The translations under genes were made by a program, and so were the position numbers. The notes beneath the pieces are model-generated. The model worked only from the letters and a program-made list of their open reading frames with translations. It did not search any database and had not been told where the DNA came from. From Candidatus Woesebacteria bacterium (GTDB taxonomy: Bacteria > Patescibacteriota > Microgenomatia > UBA8517): 64,000 nucleotides of DNA. The DNA is taken from positions 20,072-84,071 of the forward strand of contig JAGVAE010000003.1 in the NCBI GenBank assembly GCA_020060565.1, in the 5' to 3' direction. Position 1 is the stretch's first letter. Each line of letters starts with the position of its first letter. This document shows positions 20,372 through 30,199 of this stretch, piece after piece.

Positions 20372-21291
20372 CTTTCGCTTTTTCTAAAGTCCTTTATATC
20401 TTCGGGGCCGAATTTACCATCATTTTGAGATCCTGTACTTTTAACAATACCGATACACCTGGATAGTAAGGGGCAGTCTTTATGAAGGTTCTTGTTGCAG
20501 TATTTATTACCAATATGCCAAATAGTTTCTTGCAAGTATCTGGGATCAATCTTCCTTTCTTCACAAATTTTACTTAATTGAGGTACTAGTGTATTTACAC
20601 CTACTGCTTTTAAATTTCGCCTTTCCGTTAGAGAAAGAATGGCAGTTTGAAGGGCAATTCTTATAACCTGAAAATCTTGTGGAAAGCCAGACTTTTCAAT
20701 ATCATGAAATTTCCATAATCCGTGTTTATGAATCCACTGAATAGCAAGCTGAGCTAATTTAAAGTCATACCCCAAAAATGTTTTTGCCTCGATTTTTTTC
20801 TGGGTTTTTGCCTGATGATACAGATGTATTCTTTTTATAGATTCGTTGGCACTGTTATTACAGTCTATAAATAAGTTGATAATATTGTTTCCATATCTTC
20901 TGTTAAGGAGTTCTAGGTTGTACTTCCATTTTTTAACCCCATCAACAGCATATCCTGGAGGTCTAAAAAAGAGTGAACAGGATGACTTTACTTGTTGTTC
21001 TGGAGTTTGTGAAACAATATTGCCCATAAATAGCCAAGCATTTTCTTCTAAATCTTGGTTTATTAACCAATCAAAGGAGTCTTTTGTGCGTCCACCTCTT
21101 ATAAACATTGTGGTAAAAAATAGAGCCGTTGCAGCAAAGCCGTCAACATTGTGCAACGCTTCATAGTTCTTAAGTCGTTGAACAAACGGCTCTTCAGGAA
21201 AAGTGAGAGCATTTTTCTCTCTGTGAGATAGAGCAAGATCTATAACTTGATTGGTTCTATTTCTATTTATATTTAAAGCCTCGGCTGACAT
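20368..21291 (-). CDS. Hypothetical Cys-rich protein inserted antisense between rplU and rpmA (possible HhH-type glycosylase-like fold; weak)
   Basis: 307 aa with a C-terminal cluster C-x7-C-x5-C plus an upstream Cys (KICEER...KYCNKNLHKDCPLLSRC). An LKAVGVNTLVPQL segment looks helix-hairpin-helix-like. No firm family assignment. Confidence 0.35.
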   Translation of the reverse strand: MSAEALNINRNRTNQVIDLALSHREKNALTFPEEPFVQRLKNYEALHNVDGFAATALFFTTMFIRGGRTKDSFDWLINQDLEENAWLFMGNIVSQTPEQQVKSSCSLFFRPPGYAVDGVKKWKYNLELLNRRYGNNIINLFIDCNNSANESIKRIHLYHQAKTQKKIEAKTFLGYDFKLAQLAIQWIHKHGLWKFHDIEKSGFPQDFQVIRIALQTAILSLTERRNLKAVGVNTLVPQLSKICEERKIDPRYLQETIWHIGNKYCNKNLHKDCPLLSRCIGIVKSTGSQNDGKFGPEDIKDFRKSES

Positions 21292-21357
21292 GTGGAGAAT
21301 ATAACATCAATCCTAGATTTGTAAAAGATGTATATCAATCTATAACCTTCTGAGCTC

Positions 21358-21386
21358 TTGACAAGCGTGAAAATATAATTTATATT
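21358..21386 (+). promoter_or_regulatory. Sigma-70 consensus-like promoter for rpmA (TTGACA-17-TATATT)
   Basis: -35 TTGACA at 21358-21363, a 17-nt spacer, and -10 TATATT at 21381-21386. The ATG is at 21396, so the transcript is near-leaderless. Confidence 0.5.
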
Positions 21387-21395
21387 GTCTCCAAG

Positions 21396-21650
21396 ATGTC
21401 TACACACAAAGCAGCGGGTGGAAAAGCCTCACAACATGTAAGTCCAGCAGGAAAACGCCTTGAAGTTAAGGTTTCTGGAGGGGAAAAAGTCAAAACTGGA
21501 TCTATCTTGGTTAGACAAAGGGGAACAACTTTTCATAAAGGTAAAAACGTAAGAGCAGGACGAGATCATACATTGTATTCAATGGTTGACGGACTTGTGA
21601 AGTTTGGAACAAAACTTGGCAAAAAGGTAATTTCCGTAGTCAGTGCGTAA
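21396..21650 (+). CDS. rpmA: 50S ribosomal protein L27
   Basis: [59 protein letters not shown] is a canonical L27 sequence. Confidence 0.9.
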   Translation: MSTHKAAGGKASQHVSPAGKRLEVKVSGGEKVKTGSILVRQRGTTFHKGKNVRAGRDHTLYSMVDGLVKFGTKLGKKVISVVSA

Positions 21651-21661
21651 TTAGAAAATAT

Positions 21662-22510
21662 ATGGCAGAAGAAATAATTCAAATAGAAGTAAATCAGCTC
21701 CAACCCAATCCACTTCAGCCCCGTGGTGCCATAACCCCAGAAAGCTTAGTAGATTTAGTTGATTCAATAAGAGAGCATGGAATACTTGAGCCCCTAGTGG
21801 TTGCCAAAACCCCAGCAGGATTTCAAATAATTGCAGGAGAGCGAAGATGGAGAGCATCAAAACTTGCAGGTTTAACACATGTTCCCGTAATAGTACGTGA
21901 GACTTCTCCAAAAGGAATGCTTGAGATGGCCCTAGTTGAGAATGTCCAAAGAGTTGATCTTAATGCACTTGATAGGGCTAAAGGTTTTGAGCGCCTCATG
22001 AACGAGTTTGGTTTAACAACTAGTGAGATTGCGGTAAGAATTGGAAAATCAGTAGCTTATGTAAGTAACTCCTTAAGACTTCTTTCTCTTCCAGATGCAC
22101 TTAAGGACGGACTTCTCTCAGGACTCATCACTGAAGGTCATGCAAGAGCCCTTGCAGCCATTGACGACCCGTCTTTAATGATTGAGGCATATAAGATAGT
22201 GTTAAGAGAATCAGGCTCAGTCAGAAGGGCGGAGGAGTTAGCAAGACGAATGAAAGTAAAATCCCAACAGGAGGCAAAAAGAGGAGACCAACCCCATATT
22301 AGAGTAATCTCTGAGGAAATAGATAAAATGCAGGAAGATATGCAAAAAGCATTTATCCCACAAGATTCAGAGAGTAATGGAGTAAGCAAGAAAGTAAATG
22401 TAAAACTCATTAGATCTCAAAGAGAAACTAGACTTGTTTTTATTTTTAAAGGTGGTTTGGAAGAAACAGAAGATAAACTTCAAAGGGTATACAAGTCCGT
22501 TACTTCTTAA
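21662..22510 (+). CDS. parB: ParB/Spo0J family partition protein (orphan; no parA in the window)
   Basis: ParB box LQPNPLQPR, GERRWRASKLAG and an HTH region (TTSEIAVRIGKSVAYVSNSLRLL). Confidence 0.8.
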   Translation: MAEEIIQIEVNQLQPNPLQPRGAITPESLVDLVDSIREHGILEPLVVAKTPAGFQIIAGERRWRASKLAGLTHVPVIVRETSPKGMLEMALVENVQRVDLNALDRAKGFERLMNEFGLTTSEIAVRIGKSVAYVSNSLRLLSLPDALKDGLLSGLITEGHARALAAIDDPSLMIEAYKIVLRESGSVRRAEELARRMKVKSQQEAKRGDQPHIRVISEEIDKMQEDMQKAFIPQDSESNGVSKKVNVKLIRSQRETRLVFIFKGGLEETEDKLQRVYKSVTS

Positions 22511-22521
22511 ATAAAATATTT

Positions 22522-23115
22522 TTAATTGCCGAAGCTATAGACTGGATTTTGTGTGGCTCCAATTTTAGTAACTGGCCAATAAACTAACCAGGCCCGACCA
22601 TTGATTCCCTCACGCTCGCCATTGGGTGAAAGATTAAGTGAAACAGGTCCCCAATACCTGGAATCTGAGGAATGTTCACGGTTATCTCCCATTACAATAT
22701 AAAGTTTGTCAGGTATTTTATACTCTGTATCCTCAGTTAAAAAAGATCCTCCATATGTTGTTACACTGTTTGCAATGTATGGTTCATTTAAAAGTTTACC
22801 ATCAATATATACACGTCCGTTAAGTATTTTTACAGTTTCGCCAGGCATACCAACAATTCTTTTGATAAACTCGTCGCTTTCAGAAACTCTTTTAGGTGGC
22901 CGCAAAACAACAACATCCCCTCTTTGGGGTTTATTAAGATAGTATGTGACCTTTTCAGTTAGTAAATATTCAGAATCTTGGTAATTAGGCATCATGCTTT
23001 CACCTTCAATTTTGTGGGGACGCATGATAAGAAGATAGACAAAGAAAAAAATTCCAATTGCAAAAACAATTACTTCAGAAACATCAAGAAAGAACGCCCC
23101 AAGACGTTTGAACAT
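22522..23115 (-). CDS. lepB: Signal peptidase I
   Basis: N-terminal TM segment; catalytic Ser box GESMMPN; Lys box KRIVGMPGETV; GDNREHSSDSRYWG box E. Confidence 0.85.
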   Translation of the reverse strand: MFKRLGAFFLDVSEVIVFAIGIFFFVYLLIMRPHKIEGESMMPNYQDSEYLLTEKVTYYLNKPQRGDVVVLRPPKRVSESDEFIKRIVGMPGETVKILNGRVYIDGKLLNEPYIANSVTTYGGSFLTEDTEYKIPDKLYIVMGDNREHSSDSRYWGPVSLNLSPNGEREGINGRAWLVYWPVTKIGATQNPVYSFGN

Positions 23116-23154
23116 ACATTCATTATATTGAGGGAAGAGAGATGATTACAATAG

Positions 23155-24213
23155 TTACTTAACAATAACATTATGAGCTCCACTTTCACTGCGGCCCATA
23201 TTGGTTACTTGAATAAATCTTGCTTTGTTCCAGAACTTTTCAATATTCCTAGCTCCTGAATAGCTTAAACCAGACCTTATATTTGCAACCATTCCCTCTA
23301 AAACATCAGCCAAAGGCCCTTTGCAAGGAACTAAGCTCTCAACACCTTCAATTTGTTTAGTGTAATTATTGCCATGCTTTTCACCTTGATTTTTAATGTG
23401 TTTGGTTTTTTCTGCTAGTGAAGTGGAAGCATTATATTTTTTAAAGCAGTCACCATTAATTTCAATTTTTTCACCAGGTGCTTCGTCAGTGCCTGCAAAC
23501 TGGCTTCCAATGACAACAGCGGATGCACCAGCAGCCAAACCTTTAACAACATCACCTGAATTACTTGTCCCTCCATCACAAAGTATTGTTCGTTTCCATC
23601 TTCTTGCGGCTTTGGAGGCATTCATAACAGCTGTAATCTGTGGAACACCTGATGCTGCAACTATTCTTGTAATGCAAATTGTTCCAGGTCCAACACCAAC
23701 ACGTACCGAATCAGCACCTCTTTTAAATAAATCATCAGCACCATCTTCAGTTCCAACAACACCAGAAATAATATCAACCGTTTCTCCAAACATTCTTTTT
23801 AATTCAGATGTTGCTTCAAGAGCTTGAAGCATGTGTGCATGGGCTACATCAAGAGTTAATATATCTACCCCCGCATGAACTAGTTTCTCAGCTCTTTTTA
23901 AAAAACCTTCACGGCAGCCAACGGCAGCTGCAGCAACAACACCAGCCTTTTTAACAGCAGCAACCATATTTGCTTGTTCCTCGTCTGATGCAAACCTAGG
24001 CAAAAATCCCAAACCTCCAAGTTTTCCAAGAGTAACGGCCATTTCAACTCCTGTAACATCAGTCATGTTGATGCTTATGAGAGGAAGTTCTAGTTTTACC
24101 CTGGGTGTTATTTGTGCGGAAAGATCAACATCATTTCTGCTTTTTATTTCAGAATACTGAGGGACTAAAAGAACATCATCGTAAGAAAGACCGAGAGGAA
24201 TTATCTGATTCAT
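23155..24213 (-). CDS. guaB: IMP dehydrogenase/GMP reductase family protein (no CBS pair)
   Basis: Catalytic loop GVGPGTICITRIVAASGVPQITAV. TIM barrel of 352 aa with no CBS insertion. Confidence 0.75.
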   Translation of the reverse strand: MNQIIPLGLSYDDVLLVPQYSEIKSRNDVDLSAQITPRVKLELPLISINMTDVTGVEMAVTLGKLGGLGFLPRFASDEEQANMVAAVKKAGVVAAAAVGCREGFLKRAEKLVHAGVDILTLDVAHAHMLQALEATSELKRMFGETVDIISGVVGTEDGADDLFKRGADSVRVGVGPGTICITRIVAASGVPQITAVMNASKAARRWKRTILCDGGTSNSGDVVKGLAAGASAVVIGSQFAGTDEAPGEKIEINGDCFKKYNASTSLAEKTKHIKNQGEKHGNNYTKQIEGVESLVPCKGPLADVLEGMVANIRSGLSYSGARNIEKFWNKARFIQVTNMGRSESGAHNVIVK

Positions 24214-24291
24214 ATCGTGTAATGATATGAATCATTACGTTTAACTTTAGTAAATAAATTTTTCCCTGTCAACATGGTAAAATACAAATAA

Positions 24292-24365
24292 GGTTGCGTA
24301 GCTCAGCTGGTTAGAGCGTACGATTCACATTCGTAAGGTCCCTGGTTCGAGCCCAGGCGCGACCA
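24292..24365 (+). tRNA. tRNA-Val (anticodon CAC)
   Basis: Manual cloverleaf: acceptor GGTTGCG/CGCGACC, D-arm GCTC...GAGC, anticodon stem TACGA/TCGTA with loop TTCACAT, T-arm CCTGG-TTCGAGC-CCAGG, discriminator A. CCA is not encoded. Confidence 0.8.
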
Positions 24366-24370
24366 CAAAA

Positions 24371-25036
24371 ATGAAAAACAAACTAATATTTTTTGGGATT
24401 CTAATAGCTTTAATAAGTATAGTTCCTCTAACTATTTTACCAAATATAAATCTCTCATATGCCTTAAAGTTTCCTGTAGGGGTTGCGAGTTTAGCCATCA
24501 GGTTTTTAGGTCTTACTGCCTTTGTTTTAATGTTTTGGCAAGTTATGTTGGCTTCTAATATGGAGAAATGGATAAATAAACTGGGGGGATGGGTTTTTAA
24601 TTTTCATATTATAAACGGTATTATTATTTATTCACTGATATTTTTACATCTTTTAGCTCTTGTTCTTTTTAGGTATTTCTTAGGAATTGGGATGGATCCA
24701 ATTTTTGTTTTCCTGGGATTTTGTTTTTATTGTCAAACAAAATTGGATTTCTACTACACATTAGGAAGAATTGCTTTTTGGCTATTAACAGTAGGAGTAT
24801 TGGCTGGATTTTTTAGATCATTAAATCCATTTATGAAAGCAAACTGGAGAAAATTCCATGTACTTAATTATGTAACATTTTTAATTGTTGGAATCCATGG
24901 ATATTTATTAGGAACTGACTATCTGACACAGCCATTTTTCTACTTTTCCATAATCGCCTATCTATTGGTTCTATATACAATCATTCGCAAACTTCCCAAC
25001 CTTTTTAATACTTACAAAAAGTGGATAAATAGTTAA
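24371..25036 (+). CDS. Hypothetical polytopic membrane protein
   Basis: 221 aa with at least 5 hydrophobic helices. The annotated start sits only 6 nt after the tRNA, so the true start may be an internal Met. Confidence 0.4.
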   Translation: MKNKLIFFGILIALISIVPLTILPNINLSYALKFPVGVASLAIRFLGLTAFVLMFWQVMLASNMEKWINKLGGWVFNFHIINGIIIYSLIFLHLLALVLFRYFLGIGMDPIFVFLGFCFYCQTKLDFYYTLGRIAFWLLTVGVLAGFFRSLNPFMKANWRKFHVLNYVTFLIVGIHGYLLGTDYLTQPFFYFSIIAYLLVLYTIIRKLPNLFNTYKKWINS

Positions 25037-25037
25037 A

Positions 25038-27361
25038 TTATTTATGGAATTTAATCCAAAATCTCCATAAGTTAAACCAGAATTTGGGAAAACGTGGATA
25101 TTTATATTCTCTTATCTCACGTAGTGGATTTTTATTGATATTTTTGGAGTTAAACTCAATAATTTTGGGTTCTTGTGTAAGACCTCTAATTTTGTACTCA
25201 TTATATTCAAATTTTCCGTTTGCTAAAAACTGACCTATTATAAAAGTAGTAGTACTTGAAGTGGGGTTGATTTGTAATTGATAATCACCACTTATAGGAT
25301 CCATGATAGCAATCATTCCATTTTCGGAATTAATTACATGATTATTTTTGTCTGTTAGAGAAAAACTTCCAGGATAACCAACTAGAATCAAAGCAGATTT
25401 AGGTTCCTTGTAGGGAGGATCATTAATTCCAGGGGAGCCAAAAAATTTTAGAATTTTGTCTATTCCTTCATCTGAAGCAATTATTCCTGCATGAGACTGA
25501 TTTATTACTTCATTAGAAAAAGCACCTGGAATCTGTGCGCTTTCAACTAGCACAGTTCCATCACCGCTGTCGGAATATTCTTTTCCTACAGGTCTACCAT
25601 CTGGCCATCTAAAGTCACGAACAACGTTGATTGTTTTTAAAGTTGGGTTATTTGTTCCAGCCAAAGTGCCTACTTTTACATTCCAAAATGGAGTTACAAA
25701 ATTAGAAGGTAAATAATTATTCTTGGTCTTCATATCAGACACTGACTTAAGTTGCTTAGTTTTGTTATCTCTTAAATAATCATAAGTGGGAAGCATGTTT
25801 TGAGGGAATTGGGTGTGCCACAGTGATTAAGAAGTAATGTGGTTGCAATTTTTTGTACTAAATCATTTGTCCAGACCTCATGATTAACTATGGCTGGATA
25901 AACAAGGGTAGAGCCTTGATTTGGTGTTCCTACAGCAAGAAACTTTAAGGTCTTACCTCCATTTTGGCTTTCTATATAATTCCTTCCAATAAGCCCTCCC
26001 ATACTATGTCCAACAAGATTTATCTTTTCATCACCCAACACACTTGAATTTATTAGATCGTTTAATATTGAAGAATTGTCCCTAATATCTTTTCGCCAAT
26101 CATAATAAAAAGGAATAGGAGTCCAACCTTGTGTTGGTAAGATTGACAAAAGGGGATTATAAATGTCCTTTGCGTATGGAGCCAAAGTCCAACCACCACT
26201 ATACCCAGTATTTTTACAATTAATTAAAGCATCAACATTCCAACTAGCCCCAAGTCCTGGAATTACTACAACTTTAGTGACAGATGGAGGAGCAATGTCA
26301 TCATTAGTAATAACACAACTAATATTTTGTCCAGGCAAAAGTGTAACTGACTCTCCTAAACCACTTGGACAACCATCTCCTTCAATAGAAATAAAACTGT
26401 AACCATCAACTGAATTTTCATTAATAGTAATTGGTTCATTGGCTTTGATTTTTGTTTCAATTCCAGAAGTTACAAGATTGCCTCCCACACTTATACCAAA
26501 ATCGTTTGGTTCTAAAGTCCCGCCATTATCATTGATGACATTTTTTGTAAGAGTAATGGTTGGGACAATATCATCATTTATAATTGTGCAAACCTTAGTA
26601 TCGCCATCTGTAATAGTTTCAGAACAATCACCTTCAGTAGTTGTTGTATATCCTTCAGAAACTTCCTCGGTAACGGAATATGAACCAGCATCAAGATTTA
26701 CAATGGTTCCCGATTCCGAAGCTGTAAATGTTGGAGTTGAAACATTTGTTCCAGTAACGTTAATAGTAAAATCTTCAGCCTTAGCCCTTCCCCCATCATC
26801 ATTTATCACACGCTTAATAACTGTAAGCTCTGGTCTATTTATAGGAGCTTCGTATAAGACACCATCGTAAGAACAAATAACATTTTGAGTTTCTCCTGGA
26901 GGGTAAGCCGTAACCTTACTAAAGTTCGAAATATTTCCACTTAGATCGATACGGTAAATACCCCGTGGTATTGAATAAGTGGGAGGACTGTTTGGATAGT
27001 AAAAGAAAACAATGGCTGTATTTCCATCCCAGCCTACTACACCATTACCGACAAGACTCCAATTAAAATACGACCATCCTCCATTGTAGTCTGTGTACAA
27101 TGTGTTAAAACCTGTACTGTCCCAAGAACCACCAGGAGCTTGCCAATTGGTTATAGTCACACCTGAAACATAGAGGTTAATATTTGCTGGGTCGCCACCA
27201 TTGGTTTGTACTAAAACATCTGCGTGGTTCTGAGAAAAAGCTGCCTGATAGGTACAACTTGAGGCATATATTTTGTTTGTCGAGAAGAGAAACATGAACA
27301 GGAAAGTTACAACACTTAATATTCTAAGAAGAATTTTAGATACACCTCTCATGATATTCAT
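25038..27361 (-). pseudogene. Frameshift-split gene for a secreted prealbumin-like-repeat protein with a C-terminal alpha/beta-hydrolase (LCAT/PGAP1-like lipase) domain. ORF A is 25772-27361 and ORF B is 25038-25796, both on the minus strand.
   Basis: ORF A has a signal peptide and two approximately 60-aa repeats (VINDDGG...DF..; VINDNGG..PNDF..). It then carries the nucleophile elbow GHSMGG and stops. ORF B, in another frame, carries the matching acid SDSGDGTV and His SHAG of the same hydrolase fold. The ORF B frame opens only 10 codons upstream of its ATG. The break therefore lies within CCCTCAAAACATG, a homopolymer-rich stretch at about 25790-25830. Confidence 0.6.
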
Positions 27362-27438
27362 TCATTGTAAAACACACTCTTGTATACATGTCAAGTTTCG
27401 CAACTAAATAATATAACTAAGTATGCTAAAATTCATTT

Positions 27439-28203
27439 ATGAAAACGAAAATTACTACTGAACTAACCGAGAATAAATTGCTATATGAAAAATATCACAA
27501 TAGAAGAATGCTTCAGAAACGTATCTTAACTAAAAAAAACTTTACGTACAGATATTTGATCAATGTACTGGAAAACAGATTGAAAAATGTTAGAAATGTT
27601 TTAGATATTGGTTGTGGTACGGGTGCCATTGATTTTTATTTAGCTAATAATGGAATTTCGGTAGTTGGAATAGATATATCAACAAAAGCTGTTAGAAACG
27701 CAAGGTTAAATGCTAAAAACTTTGGATTAGCTTTAAAGACAAAATTTAATATCAATCACTTTCCTCACGATAAAATAGAAGGTAAATATGACCTTGTTAT
27801 TTGTTCGGAAGTTTTAGAGCATTTAGTTGATGATTCCAAAGCTGTCAATAAAATATTTGAATTGCTTAAGTCTGGTGGTTTAGCAGTTTTGTCTTCGCCG
27901 TCTATAAATTCGCCAATATATAAATTAGGTCTAGCTCGAAACCACGATAAGGAAGTTGGACATCTGCGACGGTATAATAATGATAACTTACTATTACTTC
28001 TAAGGAAAGCTGGTTTTAAAATAGTTGATAGCAGAAAAGTGCAGGGGTTATTACGAGAAGCTTTGTTTATATTTCCACTTGGAGAATTAATTATTAAGAT
28101 GGCAAATCGTTTTAGTTTCGTTTCAGATTTTCTTAGTATTATAGATGAGTTATTACTTGTATTTGGAGAATCAGATATTATTGTGACCGCTAAAAAAGTA
28201 TGA
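27439..28203 (+). CDS. Class I SAM-dependent methyltransferase
   Basis: Motif I VLDIGCGTGAIDFYL and a post-I acidic residue (GIDIS); MTase type 11/12-like. Confidence 0.75.
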   Translation: MKTKITTELTENKLLYEKYHNRRMLQKRILTKKNFTYRYLINVLENRLKNVRNVLDIGCGTGAIDFYLANNGISVVGIDISTKAVRNARLNAKNFGLALKTKFNINHFPHDKIEGKYDLVICSEVLEHLVDDSKAVNKIFELLKSGGLAVLSSPSINSPIYKLGLARNHDKEVGHLRRYNNDNLLLLLRKAGFKIVDSRKVQGLLREALFIFPLGELIIKMANRFSFVSDFLSIIDELLLVFGESDIIVTAKKV

Positions 28204-29285
28204 AAATAGGATTTGATGGAAGATATGCTGAGGGTGATCTTGTTGGTGTGGGGAAATATATAAAAAATATTTTGCTTGAGTTAGACAAATTGGGGATTGA
28301 GTGTGTAATTTTTTATTCCAGCCCTCCAAAAATTAAAATAGAGGGAGAAAATATTAAATCTGTTGTTTTGGGATTTAAAAATCGCTATATCTTTGAGCAA
28401 ATATTACTACCCCTAGCTTTAAAACGCGAAAAAGTTGATATGTATCATGCACTGGGTAATATTGGAGTCCCCTTATTTTGCCCCATTCCTGCAATAGTTA
28501 CAATTCATGATATTATTCCCCTGGAAATAAAAGATTATTTTTCATATTCCCCTTTACCTTTTCTTTCAAGGTTCTCATATACTACCAGGCTAATTTCTTC
28601 TTTGAAAAACGCTAATAAAATCATTGCAGTTTCAAATTATGTAAAGACTCAAGTTATTCAAAAGCTTAAAATAAATAAGGAAAAAATAAAAGTAATTTAT
28701 TCAGGAGCTCCAGAAGTTGTACAGCCAGGAAATCTCCCAAAAGATCTTGTGGGCAAAAAATATATTTTAAATCATGGAGGAATGGATATTAGAAAAAACC
28801 TAGATAGACTAATTGAAGCCTTTGCATCTACCCATGCCAAATATCCCCAGCTTAACCTTGTAATTACTGGAGAAAATAAAAGAATAAAGGCAGATCTTGC
28901 CAAACTAATTTCAAAATTAAAACTAGACGACTCAGTAATTTTTACAGGCTATGTAGATGATATGACACTAAGCGCTATTATAAAAAATGCAATTATGGAA
29001 TGTTATCCAACTCTTTCAGAAGGATTTGGTTTTCCAATTCTTGAAAGTTTTGCCTTGGGAATTCCCGTTATTTCCTCCAACACCTCTGCTATTCCAGAAG
29101 CTTCAGGAAGGGGAGCCATCTTAATTGATCCACATAGTGTTACTCAAATCTCAGAAGCTATGGAAAAGGTACTAACTGATACGGAATTAAGAAATAATAT
29201 GGTCATCCAAGGTAAGAGCCAGTACAATAGGTTTAATTGGGAAAAAACAGCAAATGAATATCTCAGTTTGTATAACAGTATTTAA
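28200..29285 (+). CDS. Glycosyltransferase family 4 (GT-B, group 1)
   Basis: C-terminal EGFGFPILESFALGIPVISSNTSAIPEASG (EX7E region). Confidence 0.8.
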   Translation: MKIGFDGRYAEGDLVGVGKYIKNILLELDKLGIECVIFYSSPPKIKIEGENIKSVVLGFKNRYIFEQILLPLALKREKVDMYHALGNIGVPLFCPIPAIVTIHDIIPLEIKDYFSYSPLPFLSRFSYTTRLISSLKNANKIIAVSNYVKTQVIQKLKINKEKIKVIYSGAPEVVQPGNLPKDLVGKKYILNHGGMDIRKNLDRLIEAFASTHAKYPQLNLVITGENKRIKADLAKLISKLKLDDSVIFTGYVDDMTLSAIIKNAIMECYPTLSEGFGFPILESFALGIPVISSNTSAIPEASGRGAILIDPHSVTQISEAMEKVLTDTELRNNMVIQGKSQYNRFNWEKTANEYLSLYNSI

Positions 29286-30192
29286 CGAAGAAAAGTCTAT
29301 TGCAGGCCTTCTTGATTCACTCCTTACTCAAACAAGAAAACCTGATGAGATCGTAATTGTTGATGGTGGATCAACTGATAAAACAGTTGAAATAATTAAC
29401 CATTATCAAAAACGCTTTGGAAAAATCAAACTTCTGAAAGAACACTGCACAAGAGCAAAAGGTAGAAACATAAGTATAGAAGTAGCTAAAAATGAAATAA
29501 TTGCAATCACGGATGCAGGTTGTATTGTCCATAAAGACTGGCTGGAAGAGATAACAAACCCATTTGTACACAAAGAGGTGGATATTGCAGCAGGTTTTTA
29601 CACAATGACAGGCAAAACCTCAATGAGTCGTGCTATGGGAGTATTTTTAGGGGTTACTCCAAACAAATTTGGAATGAATTTTCTTCCTTCCACAAGATCC
29701 ATGGCGTTTAGAAAGGAAGCCTGGGAAGAAGTTGGGGGATTCCCAGAAGGCAAAGGTAACTCAGCAGAAGATACAGACTTTAACTTTCACGCTGTTAAAA
29801 TTGGCCTCAAATACGCACGCGTGAAAACAGCTATAGTAGAGTGGGGGATGCCCCACACCTTAAAAGACTTTATTTTTAAAATTTCAGAGTATGCAAAATG
29901 GGACGTACGGTATGGAATTTGGTGGCATCCAACTCAACGTCTTGCGTCGCACAATATCAAGGCACTCTCTATATTTCTTAGGTATCTAGTAGGGCTTTGT
30001 TTACTAATTTTTTCATTTTGGTATCCCCTTCTACTCTACTTACTTGTAATACTTTTATTACTTTATTTGCTTTGGTCTTATCGAAAAGTTTTTCTAGCAT
30101 TCGGGGAGTATAAAGTTGCCATTTGGGGTCCAGTTCTCCAAATCGCCTCCGATTTTGCAGTTATACGCGGCTTTGCTTCAGGACTGCTATAA
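29254..30192 (+). CDS. Glycosyltransferase family 2, polyprenyl-phosphate sugar synthase-like (GtrB/DPM1/ArnC type)
   Basis: ISVCITVFNEEKSI, VDGGSTDKT, a DAG-like ITDAGC, and a C-terminal ~80-aa double-TM hydrophobic tail typical of Und-P-sugar synthases. Confidence 0.65.
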   Translation: MNISVCITVFNEEKSIAGLLDSLLTQTRKPDEIVIVDGGSTDKTVEIINHYQKRFGKIKLLKEHCTRAKGRNISIEVAKNEIIAITDAGCIVHKDWLEEITNPFVHKEVDIAAGFYTMTGKTSMSRAMGVFLGVTPNKFGMNFLPSTRSMAFRKEAWEEVGGFPEGKGNSAEDTDFNFHAVKIGLKYARVKTAIVEWGMPHTLKDFIFKISEYAKWDVRYGIWWHPTQRLASHNIKALSIFLRYLVGLCLLIFSFWYPLLLYLLVILLLLYLLWSYRKVFLAFGEYKVAIWGPVLQIASDFAVIRGFASGLL

Positions 30193-30199
30193 TCGGATA

